Numbered from the stretch's first letter, positions 53,201-63,295 are shown. The stretch: DNA of 64,000 nt from Chiloscyllium plagiosum (GCF_004010195.1 NC_057718.1:104498828-104562827); one strand, 5' to 3'. Made by a program: numbers and translations. The notes: a model not told the origin generated them from the sequence alone.

Positions 53201-56200
53201 TGTTAGACGAGGAGACTAGGACCCGTGTACACAGCCTTAGAATTAGAGGGGGTCATTTCAGAACAGAAATGCGGAGATATTTCTTCAGCCAGAGAGTGGT
53301 GGGCCTGTGGAATTCATTGCCACGGAGTGCAGTGGAAGCCGGGACGCTAAATGTCTTCAAGGCCGAGATTGATAGATTCTTGTTGTCTCGAGGAATTAAG
53401 GGCTACGGGGAGAACGCTGGTAAGTGGAGCTGAAATGCGCATCAGCCATGATTGAATGGCCTTACTTCCACTCCTATGTCTTATGGTCTTATATTTGAAA
53501 TGCATCTGGATGAGTATCTGAATAGGAAGTGTTTAGAGGGATGTGGGCCAAGTGCTGGCAAATGGGACTAGATTAGGTTGGAATATCTGGTCGGCATGGA
53601 TGAGTTGGACCAAAGGGTTTGTTTCCGTGCTGTACGTATCTGTGACTATGTAGATAACAACATAATAATAACAGTTGTGATTACTGCTAAGTGACGAGCA
53701 AGCTACCTCGGGAGGGCATTGTTGAGATGTTTGTTGATGAATTCTCTAACTGTCAGAGAGGGAGCAGGATCCAGACAAGGTTCATGCAGTGGACAGAGGC
53801 CCATAACAGCAGAGATGCTGGTCTTCACAATCTCAAAGCAGTCATGGCTGGGAATCGTCCTGAGATGCTCACAAGTCAGTGAGAAGAAAGCTCCAGAAAC
53901 AGGAGGCTGTGGGAGTGTTCCTTAAGAGTCATCCTACAAAGCTGTTGGAGACTTGGTTTTAAGGATCCCATGCTAAGTCATAGTCTGAGTCAGGAGTTTG
54001 TTTTCACAGTCAGAGGGAGAAACATTCTTTCAAGAAGATAGCATTGAGTGTATGTGCAGCAATTTTCCAAAAGGAAGTAATTGCAGCTGAGCCAGAAACC
54101 TTTGCCAGGAGATAGGAATGGATCTTTACTGAAATTTGAATGTCAGTAAGATTATTGCTGAGATGAAAAAGACAAATTTTTTTTCTGATGTCGTGCTGAA
54201 ATTGTTTCAATCGTTATTTTCTAATGGGATACAGTTTTTTATTGTGCAATAAACATCTTTTTTTTTTCTTGAAAGTACACTCAGAGCCTCATAAGAACAG
54301 GTTTAAACTCTGTTATCCTTCAAACCAAATAGGGACCTGAAAAAGGGAGCAAAAGGAGAGAATGCGAGAAGGGAAAACAGTTGAATGAGTGGACCCGAGA
54401 ATGAAGCATATTTCCTTTTCACTGCTGGACAGCAAAGGTCCATGGGCAAAATTCTTGTCTTGTCAGCAATTCAAGTCCTTAAGTGATCAATTGATAGACA
54501 CTTAAGAACCTCAACTCACCTCTTTCTCCAACCACCTACCTTGCTGGTTGATGGCAAAGATTTGATTGGATTTATTGATTTATTCCTCGCTTGGGAAGCC
54601 ATGGCTATGAACCTACTGTGTTGAGGGGTCCTCCAATTGACCCAACCTGGAGGCAGTTGGAAGAATACTTGGTGATTAAGAGGCTCTGAAAATCACTTTT
54701 GCTCTTGCCTCTGACCCTCACCCTGCCCGGGGCGGAAGATAAGGCGTTCTTCGGGTGGTGAAGGAGTGACCACCTTGATGCCTTGGGGTTGAAGGCACAT
54801 TGATGACCTGGGGTTGAACTGGAAGCCTTCTTCCAGAGTGCTTTAGAGAACATCTTCAGGACACCCGCACCAATCAATCTCACTGTACCGTGGCCGAACG
54901 TTTCAACTCTCCCTCCCACTCTGCTGAGGACATGAAGGTCCTGGGCCTCCTCCACCACCACTCCCTCACCACCCGGTGCCTGGAGGAAGTACACCTCATC
55001 TTCCACCTCAGGACCCTTCAACCCCAGGGCATCAATGTGAACTTCACCAGTTTTCTCATTTCCCCTCCCCCACCTCACCCCAGTTCCAACCCCCCTCCCA
55101 TTTATCTCTCAACCCCGAGGCTCCCAGCCTCATTCCTGATGAAGGGGTCCAGCCCGAAACGTCGATTCTCCTGCTCCTTGGATGCTGCCTGACCTGCTGT
55201 GCTTTTCCAGCACCACACTCTCAACAATCATAAGGCAAGCTACTATTTCAATCAAGAGACACTCCCAAAAAAATACAGTGCAAATAGATCTTGGAGTTCT
55301 TATACATGAAACACAAACAGCTAGCATGCAGGTGCTGCAAGTGATTAAGAAGGCAAATGGAATTTTGGCCTTCATTGCAAGGGGTTGGAATTCCAAAGTA
55401 GCAATGTCCTGTCACCGCAATGCAGGATGATGGTGAGACTGCACTTGGAGTACTGGGTGCAGTTTTGATCCCTGTATTTAAGAACAGATCTGTAGGCACT
55501 GGAGGCAGTTCAAGAGTTTCACTGGGTTGATTCCTAGATTGGAGGGCTTGGTTTATCAAGAATAGTTAAACTATTTAGCTCTTTAATCATTTGAGTTTAG
55601 AGAATGAGGAGCAATCATTCTTTTAGTAAAATACCCGATTCTGATAGAATTTAACAAGATAGTGTGGGGAAGATGTTTCCAGCAGTGGGGAAATCTCAAA
55701 CTAGAGGAATTAGTTACAGAACATGGCAACACTCATTTAAAGCTGTGATACAGAGGAATTTCTTCTGAGGGCAGTGAATGTCTGGAATTCTCTACCCCAG
55801 CAAGTTGTGGAAGCTGGATGGCAGTAAGTATTTAAAGTGGAGGTAGATAGCCCTCAAGTCCACAATACTTTAAAAAGCTTTGATGAGCTGGCATGAAAGA
55901 GGAAGTGAGACCTGTGGCACATCAAGGTGATCTTATTGACTGGCATAGCTGGCTTGAGGGGCTGAATAGACTACTTCTGGTCCTATTTCTTGTTCTTATG
56001 TAAAGGATTATCGTCTTATATTTATAGGTTTGGAGACTTATTAAAATTTATGGCATATTCTGGATTCACACATCACTAAATTATGATGCCGCTTCATTTA
56101 TAGGTTATAAATGTATGAAATTATATATGCTTGTCAAATGTTTTACTTTAATAGCATTGCAAGGTGGGTTCAGAAGGGAAATGAGAAAACACATAGGCTT

Positions 56201-59200
56201 CCAGGAATTTTTCCAAGTACATAATTTTCACATGAAGTCCTTAGTTGTGCAAATACTTTGCTTAAGATTTTTCTCTTTGTTTCATTTTTGATGAATTTTT
56301 TTAAAAAATAGTTTCAATTTGTTCAGGAATTTTTGCAGAGTCGCAAGAGCCCTCCCAAAAATCATGACACTTTAGGTAAGAAATGTCTTGCGTACTGTTG
56401 CGAAGTTAGATCGAGTAATTGTAAATTGGGAAGAAGGCAGTTAAAATTTGGTGTTTATAAAATGCTAGGGGAGGGGAGCATTGCATGGTCCTTTTTAAAG
56501 ATGGTGCTTTTTCAGGACTTGGAGATTTAAAATGGACATCTATGACAAACCACTGCAAAGTTTATGAGTAAGGAGAGGACCTGAATTGAAACATTTGTAT
56601 TGAAAGGCCGTACAGTTATCAGGCCAATCTTTTTTTTTAACAAAGACAACAGCCTTTTGAATTTAACCAAACAATTTGAACCAGGCCCTTAGATACCAAA
56701 ACCCTATTAAATCTTATGATTTTGGCAACATAGAACCGATCCTATTCTAAGAAATATTAATATGTCATCAAGGGTATAAAAGAAGGGGGTAGTTGAAAAA
56801 AGACAGAGAGCTAACAGCCATCCGCTAGAGCTAACAGCCCTCAGCTCTCAGAGAAAATCGCTGGCTCTCAGTCATCTATGTATTAGAGAAAGCACCATCT
56901 AAATAACAACAGTACCAATGAGAGAGAAGACATTCCTGACAGATGAATCGACAGAGAAGGCGCATAACATTCTGGAAGGCACGTGACCTGGCTATAATTT
57001 TGAGGGACTAAATTCGGCTTCTGTTTTTGTGATATGAGTGGGTCTTGTATTTATTGGAACAGCATACCATTAAAATCTTGTTTTACTCAGGAATAGTTGG
57101 AAGGGATTTATTTGGTTTGTTAATAGTTTAGTTAATTTGCTCACTGTTAGAGCTAGATAAATAAATTGGTACTTGTTGATTTTAAAGTGAGTGTCAGGGA
57201 TGTACTTCATTTAACAACTAGAATTTGGTGAGTAGCAGGTTAAGCATTTTTCACTCTCTCTACAGATTATAGCGTAGGGGACTCCTCTTTGAGTGTATTG
57301 GTTTTCGGTTCTCAGAGGGGGGAGGTCAGCCTCTGCTTTATAACAATACCAAAATGGAAGCTATTTCCTTATTACATTATATAATTCTAGAGTATCATTA
57401 CAACCTGCAGTCAATCTTGCTAGTTAAATCAATGTAATCAAATAGGTATTGTTCATTTTGCTAGAGCCATGTTTTAAACTTTCTCATTCTGATTAAAACT
57501 TAAAGCATTACAACTAAACCAAAAGCTATCTGGAGCAGAAGGGATTCTTCAATAAACCTTCAATAGTGCAACTAGTCAAAATGTCTTCATGTTGCCATAA
57601 ACTGCAATTGATCCCAAATATCCACAATAATGGTTCTGACAGATAGACAATGCAAGCAGTTATATACCTTTTGGTAGAGTTAGTACGATCATTGAAAGAT
57701 GATGAATAATCTGGAATCCAAGCCAATTTGGCTGAGTTGAAATTAAGTACCAGTATAACAAGCCTGGATAGTTGGTTCAGTTATAATGAAATGTGAAAAT
57801 ACGTTAATTTGGCAAGTTGAGCCTCAGACTGATTGTGTGAAGCCATGCAGATCTCACTTCCTGACCTGGTAGAGATGGCAATATAGTGGCAATTGTACTG
57901 GTGTTCATAATCCTCAAGACTAGGATAATTATCTGAGGAAATGGGTTCAAATCCCACAACAAGCTGGTGGAATTCTGATTCATTTTTTGGAATACTTTGC
58001 TAATTAATAAAAACAACATTGTAGTTGAAATCTCATTTCATTCATGGTAACTGTGGAATTGTCATTGATTGTTCTAAAGTCTCATTTGAGAAGTTATCTT
58101 CCCCAGAAGCAGTGGCAGCTAGGTAATTGAATTTCTTCAAGGTTGCGTTCAATTTTATGACCAGAAAGGAAACCAAGGGTATTGGACTGGGAAGTGGAAT
58201 TGGGACAAGAACCCAATGTTGCAGCAAGTTCAAAAGGCCAAATGACCTACTCCTGCTCTTAAGTCCTGTGACAATTACAGACCCCGTCCTTTTCCAGATA
58301 GTGGGAAAAATAAATGGGGATGAATTTGAGGAATATCTATATGAAATTAACCTAGTACATTAAGTCCACACTTTAACTTCCTGAAAATTGCAATTTAAAG
58401 TGGAACAGCTCTAAATGAGCACATTTTCCCATTAAATCAAATGTAAAAGCTATGGTTGGGTTCTGAAGGACTTCACACATTCAAGAAACCAGAAATTCTA
58501 ATGTTCTACCTTTAAAAATTGAAGGGCTTTTTATTGTAAACTTTTCACTTTGGTAAATGAAATAGCTTGAAAACAATTTAATGTTTGTTCACCTTTTAAT
58601 TTTGTATAGTATTTCCTTCGAACAGCTGAGTCTCTTCACCTGCATCCCAGTCTTTGACCTTCCTGGTCACTGTGGGCCTTTCTTCTTTCCAACCCACTGG
58701 TTCAAATACTCCCCCACTTCCAAAAGCATCTTCCTGCTGTTGATACTCTGTTTTGCAGCCTCTCTACCTTTTAGACTAAGCACTCCTTCTGAATCCGCAT
58801 TGGTGACCCAGGGCACATATTACATAGCTGTGAATCTTAAGTTGTGGAGGAGGATGCAGGACCATTTAAACAAAAAACACATGGGTTATGCCAAACCCAG
58901 CTTGGCATTTTCACAAACCCCAGAGTTCCAGTGTGAGTCATTATCCGTATTTTGAATGGGAATGCAGTTCCAGACAAGTACAACAATCCGAGTCAGGCAG
59001 CACCAGTGTCAGCATGCCAGTGTGTTGGTGAGGGGCAAGTCCATGAGTCAAGCTCTGAAAGCAGCCACAAGTCATAAGGTCACCATTGGGATCAAGGGTC
59101 AAGGAGCAGTTTAAGCCACTGAAGAATAGCATGGAATCCCAACATTACGTTGACTAAAAATGACATTAAAACACGGCGTGATGCTAAGCTTCCAACAACT

Positions 59201-62200
59201 GACCAATGTTAAAGCAAAGTTACACTAGACTGGTCAATGTTTTGAAGGTTGCAGATCCTGCCTTCCCAACTTTGATTTATTTCAAGAATATACTAAAGTG
59301 GGATATTGAAAACCAACTTCTCCTAGGCAATCCCTTGGGACTAAGAATGACTTTCATTGTGGATCCTTATTTGACTAAACAGTACCCTGTTGCTACTGTT
59401 GCAGGAGGGGCAAGTTGGGTTTGAGGAGGGTGTGGAATGCTTTGGTTTTTAACATTCATCTGCTGTCTGGTCTTGACCTCTATGTGGACCTGTTGATGGT
59501 GCTTATCTAATTGTGATGACGCATTGGTCTCATTGGTGCCCATGTTGTAGCTGTACAGGACATTGGTTAGGCCACTTTTGGAATATTGTGTGCAGTTCTG
59601 GTCTCCCTGCTACAGGAAGGATGTTGTGAAACTTGCAAGGGTTCAAAAAAGATTTACAAGGATGTTGTCAGGTTTGGAGGATTTGTGCTATAGGAGGAGG
59701 TTGAATAGGCTGGGGCTGTTTTCCCTGGAGCGTTGGAAGCTGAGGGGTGACCTTATCGAGGTTTAAAACTCAAGAAGGTCATGGATCGGATAAATAGACA
59801 AGGTATTTTCTCTGGGGTGGGAGGGCCCAGATCTAGAGGGCGCAGGTTTAAGATGAGAGAGGAAAGATTTAAAAGAGACCCAAGGGGGAACATTCCCCCC
59901 AGAGGGTGGTGCATGTATGGAATGAACTGCCAGAGGAAGTGGTGGAGGCTGGTACAATTACAACATTTAAAAGGCATCTGTATGGGTCATGAATAGGAAG
60001 GGTTTAGAACGATATGTGCCAAGTGCTGGCAGGTGGGACTAGATCAGTTGAGGATATCTGGTTGGCGTGATCGAGGTGGACCAAACTGCCTGTTTCCATG
60101 CTGTACATCTCTTTGGCTCAATGACAAGGGTATCTGAGGCAACTGGAGACCAAGCGCTGCTGCACAGGTAGGGTTAAGATGTTGAAGCCTGCAAGCTTGT
60201 TGGCATGTGTTGGCTTTAACAGTCCCTGAAAGATCAGAAAAGATATGTTGCTGCCGCAGCATTGGGCACAGAGCCAATGATCCCACCCTGGTGCTGACAC
60301 CAGTATCATTAGAAAGACCACTCATCTAGTATATACAGAGTTTTGGAAGCTCCTCGATGAACTTCTACTTGAAAAGACGTTTGCAGCCTCATGGTCTGGA
60401 TGCTACAAACTAAACATGGAAGTGGGTGAGGAATTGGCTGTATGAGAGCGAATAGTGGAATTATTTAGGAAGATGTGGTCAGGCTAGTTGTATATGTTAT
60501 ATGGACTGTCCCAGGGATTGATGTTGGTCCATCTGAATGGCACAGATTCAGTAACTCTCACATGTCAACTGCCAAATTCTTAGGTCACACGAAAAAAAAA
60601 AGAGTAAGGGTGTATGTCATTGGGTGCCTGTCCAAAAATGGAGGCTGATGAACCTCTGAGCAGGAACTGGGAGTAGACCAATCTCTTCTGCATCACCACT
60701 CCATTAGATCTCAGCTAACTATTTTCCTGTGCTATCTCTCTATTCCATTACATCTTCACAGATTGTCATAGTGCCAAAGGAGGCCATTCATGTCTGCACT
60801 GCCTGTCTGAATGTTTTAAACTAGTGTCACTCTCCTGCCTTTGCCCCATAACCCTCAACATTTGTTTCTGTTTAAATAATCATTCAATGTCCTCTTGAAT
60901 ACCTGAATTGAACCTTCCTGGGCACTACATTTCATATCCTAGCTACTCACTGTTTCTTTCTCCCAACACATTTGTTTCTTCTGCAAAGCACTTTTAGACT
61001 GTGCCCTCTGGATCTCGGTCCATTTACAAGTGGGAGTAGATTCTCCCCATCTACTCTGTCCAGGTCCCTCGTGATTTTGAAAATTTGTATTAAGTCTCCC
61101 CTTAGCCTTCTCCAAGGAAATATAGTCCCAACCCCTCCAATCTTACCTCACCACTGAACTATCTCATCCCTGGAGTCATTCTCATTACCTCTTATTCACA
61201 CGAATGCATTCACATCCTTTATACAGTGTTGCATTCAGGACTGTACACACCACTGCAGCCAAAGTCTAACCGCTGTCTTTTAAATGCTCCACGCTACTTG
61301 TTCTTATACTCTATGTCCTGATGTATGAAGCAGAAAGTCTTGTCGTTATTTTTAATGAACCTGTTTAGCCATCTTATGGCGCACTTTTGGACCAGTTGGG
61401 AACCCCGGTTTCTTTGCTTCTGCACACCCTTTACATCAATTAATTGAATTTAAAATCCATCAACTGCTGTGGGATTTGAGTCAATGTTCACAGAGCAATA
61501 TTCTGGTATTAATATCTGGCATTATTCATTAGATTACTCATTGTACCACTGCTGCTATCTTCTCCAAAAAGCCACCAAGAGTCAATATTTAAAATGAATC
61601 AAGTTGTGGCACATGAAATTCAATATGGGGAAAAGCAGATCTCTCAAACTAGGAGAATACCATCTTTAACAATTTAATGTATGTTTAAAAGAAATGTTAC
61701 AATTGCAGGAATTAGTTCGAATATAATGGACTCCAAGACTAATATGTCTCAAAGCCATTTGTTCGGTATAATGTTTGCTTATGTTTGTTATTAGGTCTGA
61801 TTGTCTTGGATGAGATGGAGAATATAACTGTAGGTATGTATGATTCTGAAATAGCAAGAAATTATGGTCTATCTTTAGTCTGATCCAGAAATTACTTTTA
61901 ATTTACAAACCTGCTTTCAATGGTTTTGCTTTGAACTGTTAAGGTGTATCAACATCTGGAGCTCCATTCAAAGACCCTGGGCGTGTTGGTGATTCACCTT
62001 TGCCTGGATGTGGTCTATATGCAGACAATCGGGCAAGTACCTTCCATGATTTGAATGTGCCAAGTGAGAAAAGTCTTTTCATTTATGTTAATGTTGATAA
62101 GTTGACAATGTCATCCTAACTGAATTTGAAAGCAACAGTGCCATAATCCTTTTCTGATGCAGTGTTGCCAAATGCTATCAAAACAGAAAATGCTGGATAC

Positions 62201-63295
62201 ACTGAGCAGTTCAGGCAACATCTTGGGGAGAAAAACCAAGTTGAGACTTCAGGACTCTGACCTTCTGTAACCACACACGTTACTAAACCTGCACAGCCTT
62301 CCCAGCACTTGGTATTTCTTTACTGATTTCCAGTGTCCACGGTATTTGGCTTTTTGTTCTCATGATCTAGCATCATAGTATTCAAACAGGTACCTGGTCA
62401 CACTTCCCAAATCAATAGATTAAAACCAAGCCAGCATAAATTTGATACAGTTGTATTGACCTTTTTTTTTAAGACTCGTTCATAGGATGTGGGCATTGTT
62501 GGTAAGACTAGTATTGTTTGTCCATCTCCAATGTTGATCTGCTGCCTGAAGCACTGTAGTCTAAGTGGTGTCAGTGCAGCTGCACCATCAAATGGAGGGA
62601 GTTACAGGAATTTGACCCATCAAAACTGGTGATATATTACTTTTACATGTCCAACTGAACAAGGTGTGCCATTATACTAGACAGTGCCTAGGTTATTACT
62701 GCATGCTTTGTCCAGCTAATCCATTTGACTTGTCCAGAGCAATTTTTGATGCAGCCATTCAGAGCAGTTAAGTCAACATAGTTGCTGTGGGTCTAGAGTC
62801 ACATATTGACAAGACTGGGTAAAGAAAGCAGGTTTCCCTCCTGAGAAGAACTTAGAGGCTTCATGACCGTCTCTTTAATCCCAAGTGTTTGGTTGAAAGT
62901 AAATTTCTCTGACTCCTCGTGGTGTGATTTGACCTTGCATGTCCAGACCGCTAATCGGGGCCTGTAACAATATCATATGGTTCATTCCCTTGGGCAATTA
63001 AGGCTCTCTGTGAGAGATGACAAGTTGGACATTTTATGAGCATCCTTTAGTGACTATTAACATGACGTTTGCAGAGCAAGCCTTAATCTAGAACGACAGT
63101 ACTCGCTTCCCATTTTGACTGGGGAAAAACTGGTTGAAGGATCATAAATAGAATCAAAATTAAATTGGGAACCTATAAATTACAAAATTTCTGAAATGAT
63201 TGTTTTCTTTTCCTGGTTTGCTTTTATTTTTAAGATAATTGAACCACAATCAGCCTGTGACAACTGTTACTGTCTCTAGGCAGGAGCTGCTGCAG
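26092..63295 (+). CDS. Glycosylasparaginase-like (N4-(beta-N-acetylglucosaminyl)-L-asparaginase-like) type-2 asparaginase / Ntn-hydrolase, 5' part. Exons 26092-26203, 45537-45675, 47463-47619, 56327-56375, 61795-61833, 61944-62032, 63280-63295; continues beyond the window
   Basis: Spliced frame: [200 protein letters not shown]. Family motifs TW, VGxGGxP, DAxIM, LVGEGA, HDT, STSG and GRVGDSP occur in the correct order; phases are consistent and there are no stops. Confidence 0.93.
26275..26347. repeat. 33-bp tandem repeat (2.2 copies)
   Basis: GACCCTCCGACAGTGCGGCGCTCCCTCAGCACC twice, then GACCCTC. Confidence 0.95.
26383..26740 (-). mobile_element. CR1-type LINE 3' fragment
   Basis: Similar to 6335-6690. 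Confidence 0.75.
27384..27735 (+). mobile_element. Second tRNA-derived SINE family (related partial copies at ~57870-58060 and ~63640-63865)
   Basis: tRNA-like head GGGGAGGCAATGGCCTAATGG, body shared with the other copies, AATGAATAAAAA tail. Confidence 0.65.
28330..28700 (+). mobile_element. CR1-type LINE 3' ORF2 fragment
   Basis: [26 protein letters not shown] matches the CR1 C-terminal motif. Confidence 0.75.
28709..29422 (-). mobile_element. Possible solo LTR
   Basis: TGTTAAAG...CTTAAACA termini; minus-strand AATAAA near 28860; no clear TSD. Confidence 0.4.
29430..30898 (+). mobile_element. CR1-type LINE, 5'-truncated (RT and 3' UTR)
   Basis: [41 protein letters not shown] and KFADD motifs with frameshifts; CTTATGGTCTT tail. 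Confidence 0.95.
33999..35520 (-). mobile_element. Penelope-like element (RT C-terminus, GIY-YIG endonuclease, 3' hammerhead motif) with an 11-bp TSD
   Basis: ORF 34747..35154 contains [29 protein letters not shown]...H; TSD AGCATACCAAA at 33988-33998 and 35521-35531; TG-rich tract 34460-34630. Confidence 0.92.
36102..36464 (+). mobile_element. CR1 3' fragment of a different subfamily, inserted antisense into the host CR1
   Basis: [18 protein letters not shown] end and TTATGTTCTATG tail; host sequence resumes at ~36465. Confidence 0.75.
36537..36748. mobile_element. Penelope-derived foldback insertion (~78-bp inverted arms)
   Basis: Arms 36573-36650 and 36669-36746; TSD TAT(T/C)CCTAATCA at 36525-36536 and 36749-36760. 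Confidence 0.85.
37152..37757 (+). mobile_element. Rex1/Babar-type LINE 3' fragment
   Basis: [19 protein letters not shown]...LQRVV...DPSHP...[15 protein letters not shown] followed by a (TTCAA)n tail. Confidence 0.8.
37969..38296 (+). mobile_element. tRNA-derived SINE, HE1-like, full length, inserted in a CR1
   Basis: Intact A/B boxes (TGGCACAGTGG, GGTTCAATTCC), CpGs retained, (TAATC)n tail; host CR1 sequence resumes after it. Confidence 0.92.
39968..40435 (+). mobile_element. CR1-type LINE 3' fragment
   Basis: Colinear with 50720-51150 and 59630-60125. Confidence 0.8.
40660..44090 (+). mobile_element. L1-clade LINE, 5'-truncated, decayed ORF2 with a T-rich 3' UTR
   Basis: [42 protein letters not shown] and LYADDVLLF motifs, with stops and frameshifts. 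Confidence 0.92.
44100..45380 (+). mobile_element. Old, highly diverged CR1 RT/3' remnant with a small Penelope-like insert (~44570-44692)
   Basis: TTCCAAAAGCATTTGATAAGG (FQKAFDK-like) and CTGGAGTACTGT (LEYC) remnants. Confidence 0.6.
45537..45675 (+). CDS. Asparaginase-like gene exon 2 (ELENDKETG...VAALPG)
   Basis: ttccag|AACTAGAA...CCTGG|gtaggt; VGRGGFP and DAAIMEG motifs. Confidence 0.92.
45937..47049 (+). mobile_element. Penelope-like element with a 14-bp TSD (contains a gap at 46549-46821)
   Basis: TAATTCAATGAATT at 45923-45936 and 47050-47063; [15 protein letters not shown] motif; GIY-YIG snippet; hammerhead-like motif at 46956-46991. Confidence 0.88.
47463..47619 (+). CDS. Asparaginase-like gene exon 3 ([12 protein letters not shown]...LAAYE)
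   Basis: aatag|TGTTGG...TATGAG|gtgatt; [13 protein letters not shown] motif (ORF 47449..47655). Confidence 0.93.
47834..48217 (-). mobile_element. Penelope-like 3' fragment with an intact minimal hammerhead; a second tail fragment lies at ~48300-48430
   Basis: Reverse complement of 46825-47050. Confidence 0.85.
47929..47964 (-). ncRNA. Minimal type-I hammerhead ribozyme motif (Penelope-associated)
   Basis: ATTC-CTGAAGA-A-GGGC-TTAT-GCCC-GAAA-CG-TC-GATT: CUGANGA and GAAA cores, 4-bp stem II, palindromic ACGT stem III, GUC cleavage triplet. Confidence 0.7.
48450..49440 (+). mobile_element. CR1 ORF2 endonuclease-region fragment
   Basis: [19 protein letters not shown]...IAIT.W and [10 protein letters not shown] motifs. 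Confidence 0.85.
50476..53650 (+). mobile_element. CR1 3' fragment, host of a younger CR1 and of a 113-bp tandem duplication
   Basis: RDLGVQV...[19 protein letters not shown]; tail resumes after ~53491. Confidence 0.85.
51162..53490 (+). mobile_element. Young CR1 LINE, 5'-truncated, with an uninterrupted ORF2 segment (RT) up to the gap at 52398-53140
   Basis: About 400 stop-free codons ([29 protein letters not shown]); C-terminus also open after the gap; CTTATGGTCTTAT tail; same subfamily as 29430-30898. Confidence 0.95.
54734..55222 (+). mobile_element. Penelope-like 3' fragment with inverted snippets at its 5' junction
   Basis: [18 protein letters not shown] is a GIY-YIG C-terminal motif; hammerhead at 55132. 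Confidence 0.82.
55132..55167 (+). ncRNA. Minimal type-I hammerhead ribozyme motif (Penelope-associated)
   Basis: ATTC-CTGATGA-A-GGG-GTCCAG-CCC-GAAA-CG-TC-GATT. Confidence 0.65.
55270..56000 (+). mobile_element. Old CR1 3' fragment
   Basis: DLGVLIH...[15 protein letters not shown]. Confidence 0.75.
56327..56375 (+). CDS. Asparaginase-like gene exon 4 ([17 protein letters not shown]), containing the autocleavage site and Thr nucleophile
   Basis: ttcag|GAATTT...TTAG|gtaaga, 49 nt; HDTLG motif. Confidence 0.92.
56396..57345 (+). mobile_element. Probable solo LTR (950 bp)
   Basis: TGTTGCGAAG...CTTTATAACA imperfect inverted termini; flanks GTAC/ATAC form a near 4-bp TSD; TATAAAA 56775-56781; AATAAA 57160-57165. 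Confidence 0.6.
59540..60125 (+). mobile_element. CR1 3' fragment
   Basis: [24 protein letters not shown]...LRGDLIEV plus 3' UTR. Confidence 0.88.
60760..61430 (-). mobile_element. Old CR1 3' remnant (a similar remnant lies at ~32100-32640)
   Basis: Diverged similarity to the other CR1 tails. Confidence 0.55.
61795..61833 (+). CDS. Asparaginase-like gene exon 5 ([13 protein letters not shown])
   Basis: ttag|GTCTG...GTAG|gtatgt, 39 nt; supplies the 12 residues expected between HDTxG and GxST. Confidence 0.88.
61944..62032 (+). CDS. Asparaginase-like gene exon 6 ([29 protein letters not shown])
   Basis: ttaag|GTGTATC...AATCGG|gcaagt (GC donor); GRVGDSP motif. Confidence 0.92.
63280..63295 (+). 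CDS. Asparaginase-like gene exon 7, 16-nt microexon (AGAAA-)
   Basis: tctctag|GCAGGAGCTGCTGCAG|gtacgt; continues YADNR into the family GAAAATG motif. Confidence 0.82.

Noticed and set aside
56375..61944. Direct splice from exon 4 to exon 6 (HDTLGVSTSG)
   Set aside because: It is in frame but deletes a core beta-hairpin; a 39-nt exon with good splice sites at 61795-61833 restores the family spacing.
62033..62042. GT donor at 62037 instead of the GC donor
   Set aside because: GTACCT is a poor donor and gives a phase incompatible with the AGAAA exon; GCAAGT fits both the consensus and the phase.
26092..63295. Naming the plus-strand gene AGA, ASRGL1 or TASP1
   Set aside because: It lacks the AGA signal peptide and Cys-containing linker, has HDT rather than the ASRGL1 G-T site, and lacks taspase features. 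Orthology cannot be settled without a phylogeny.
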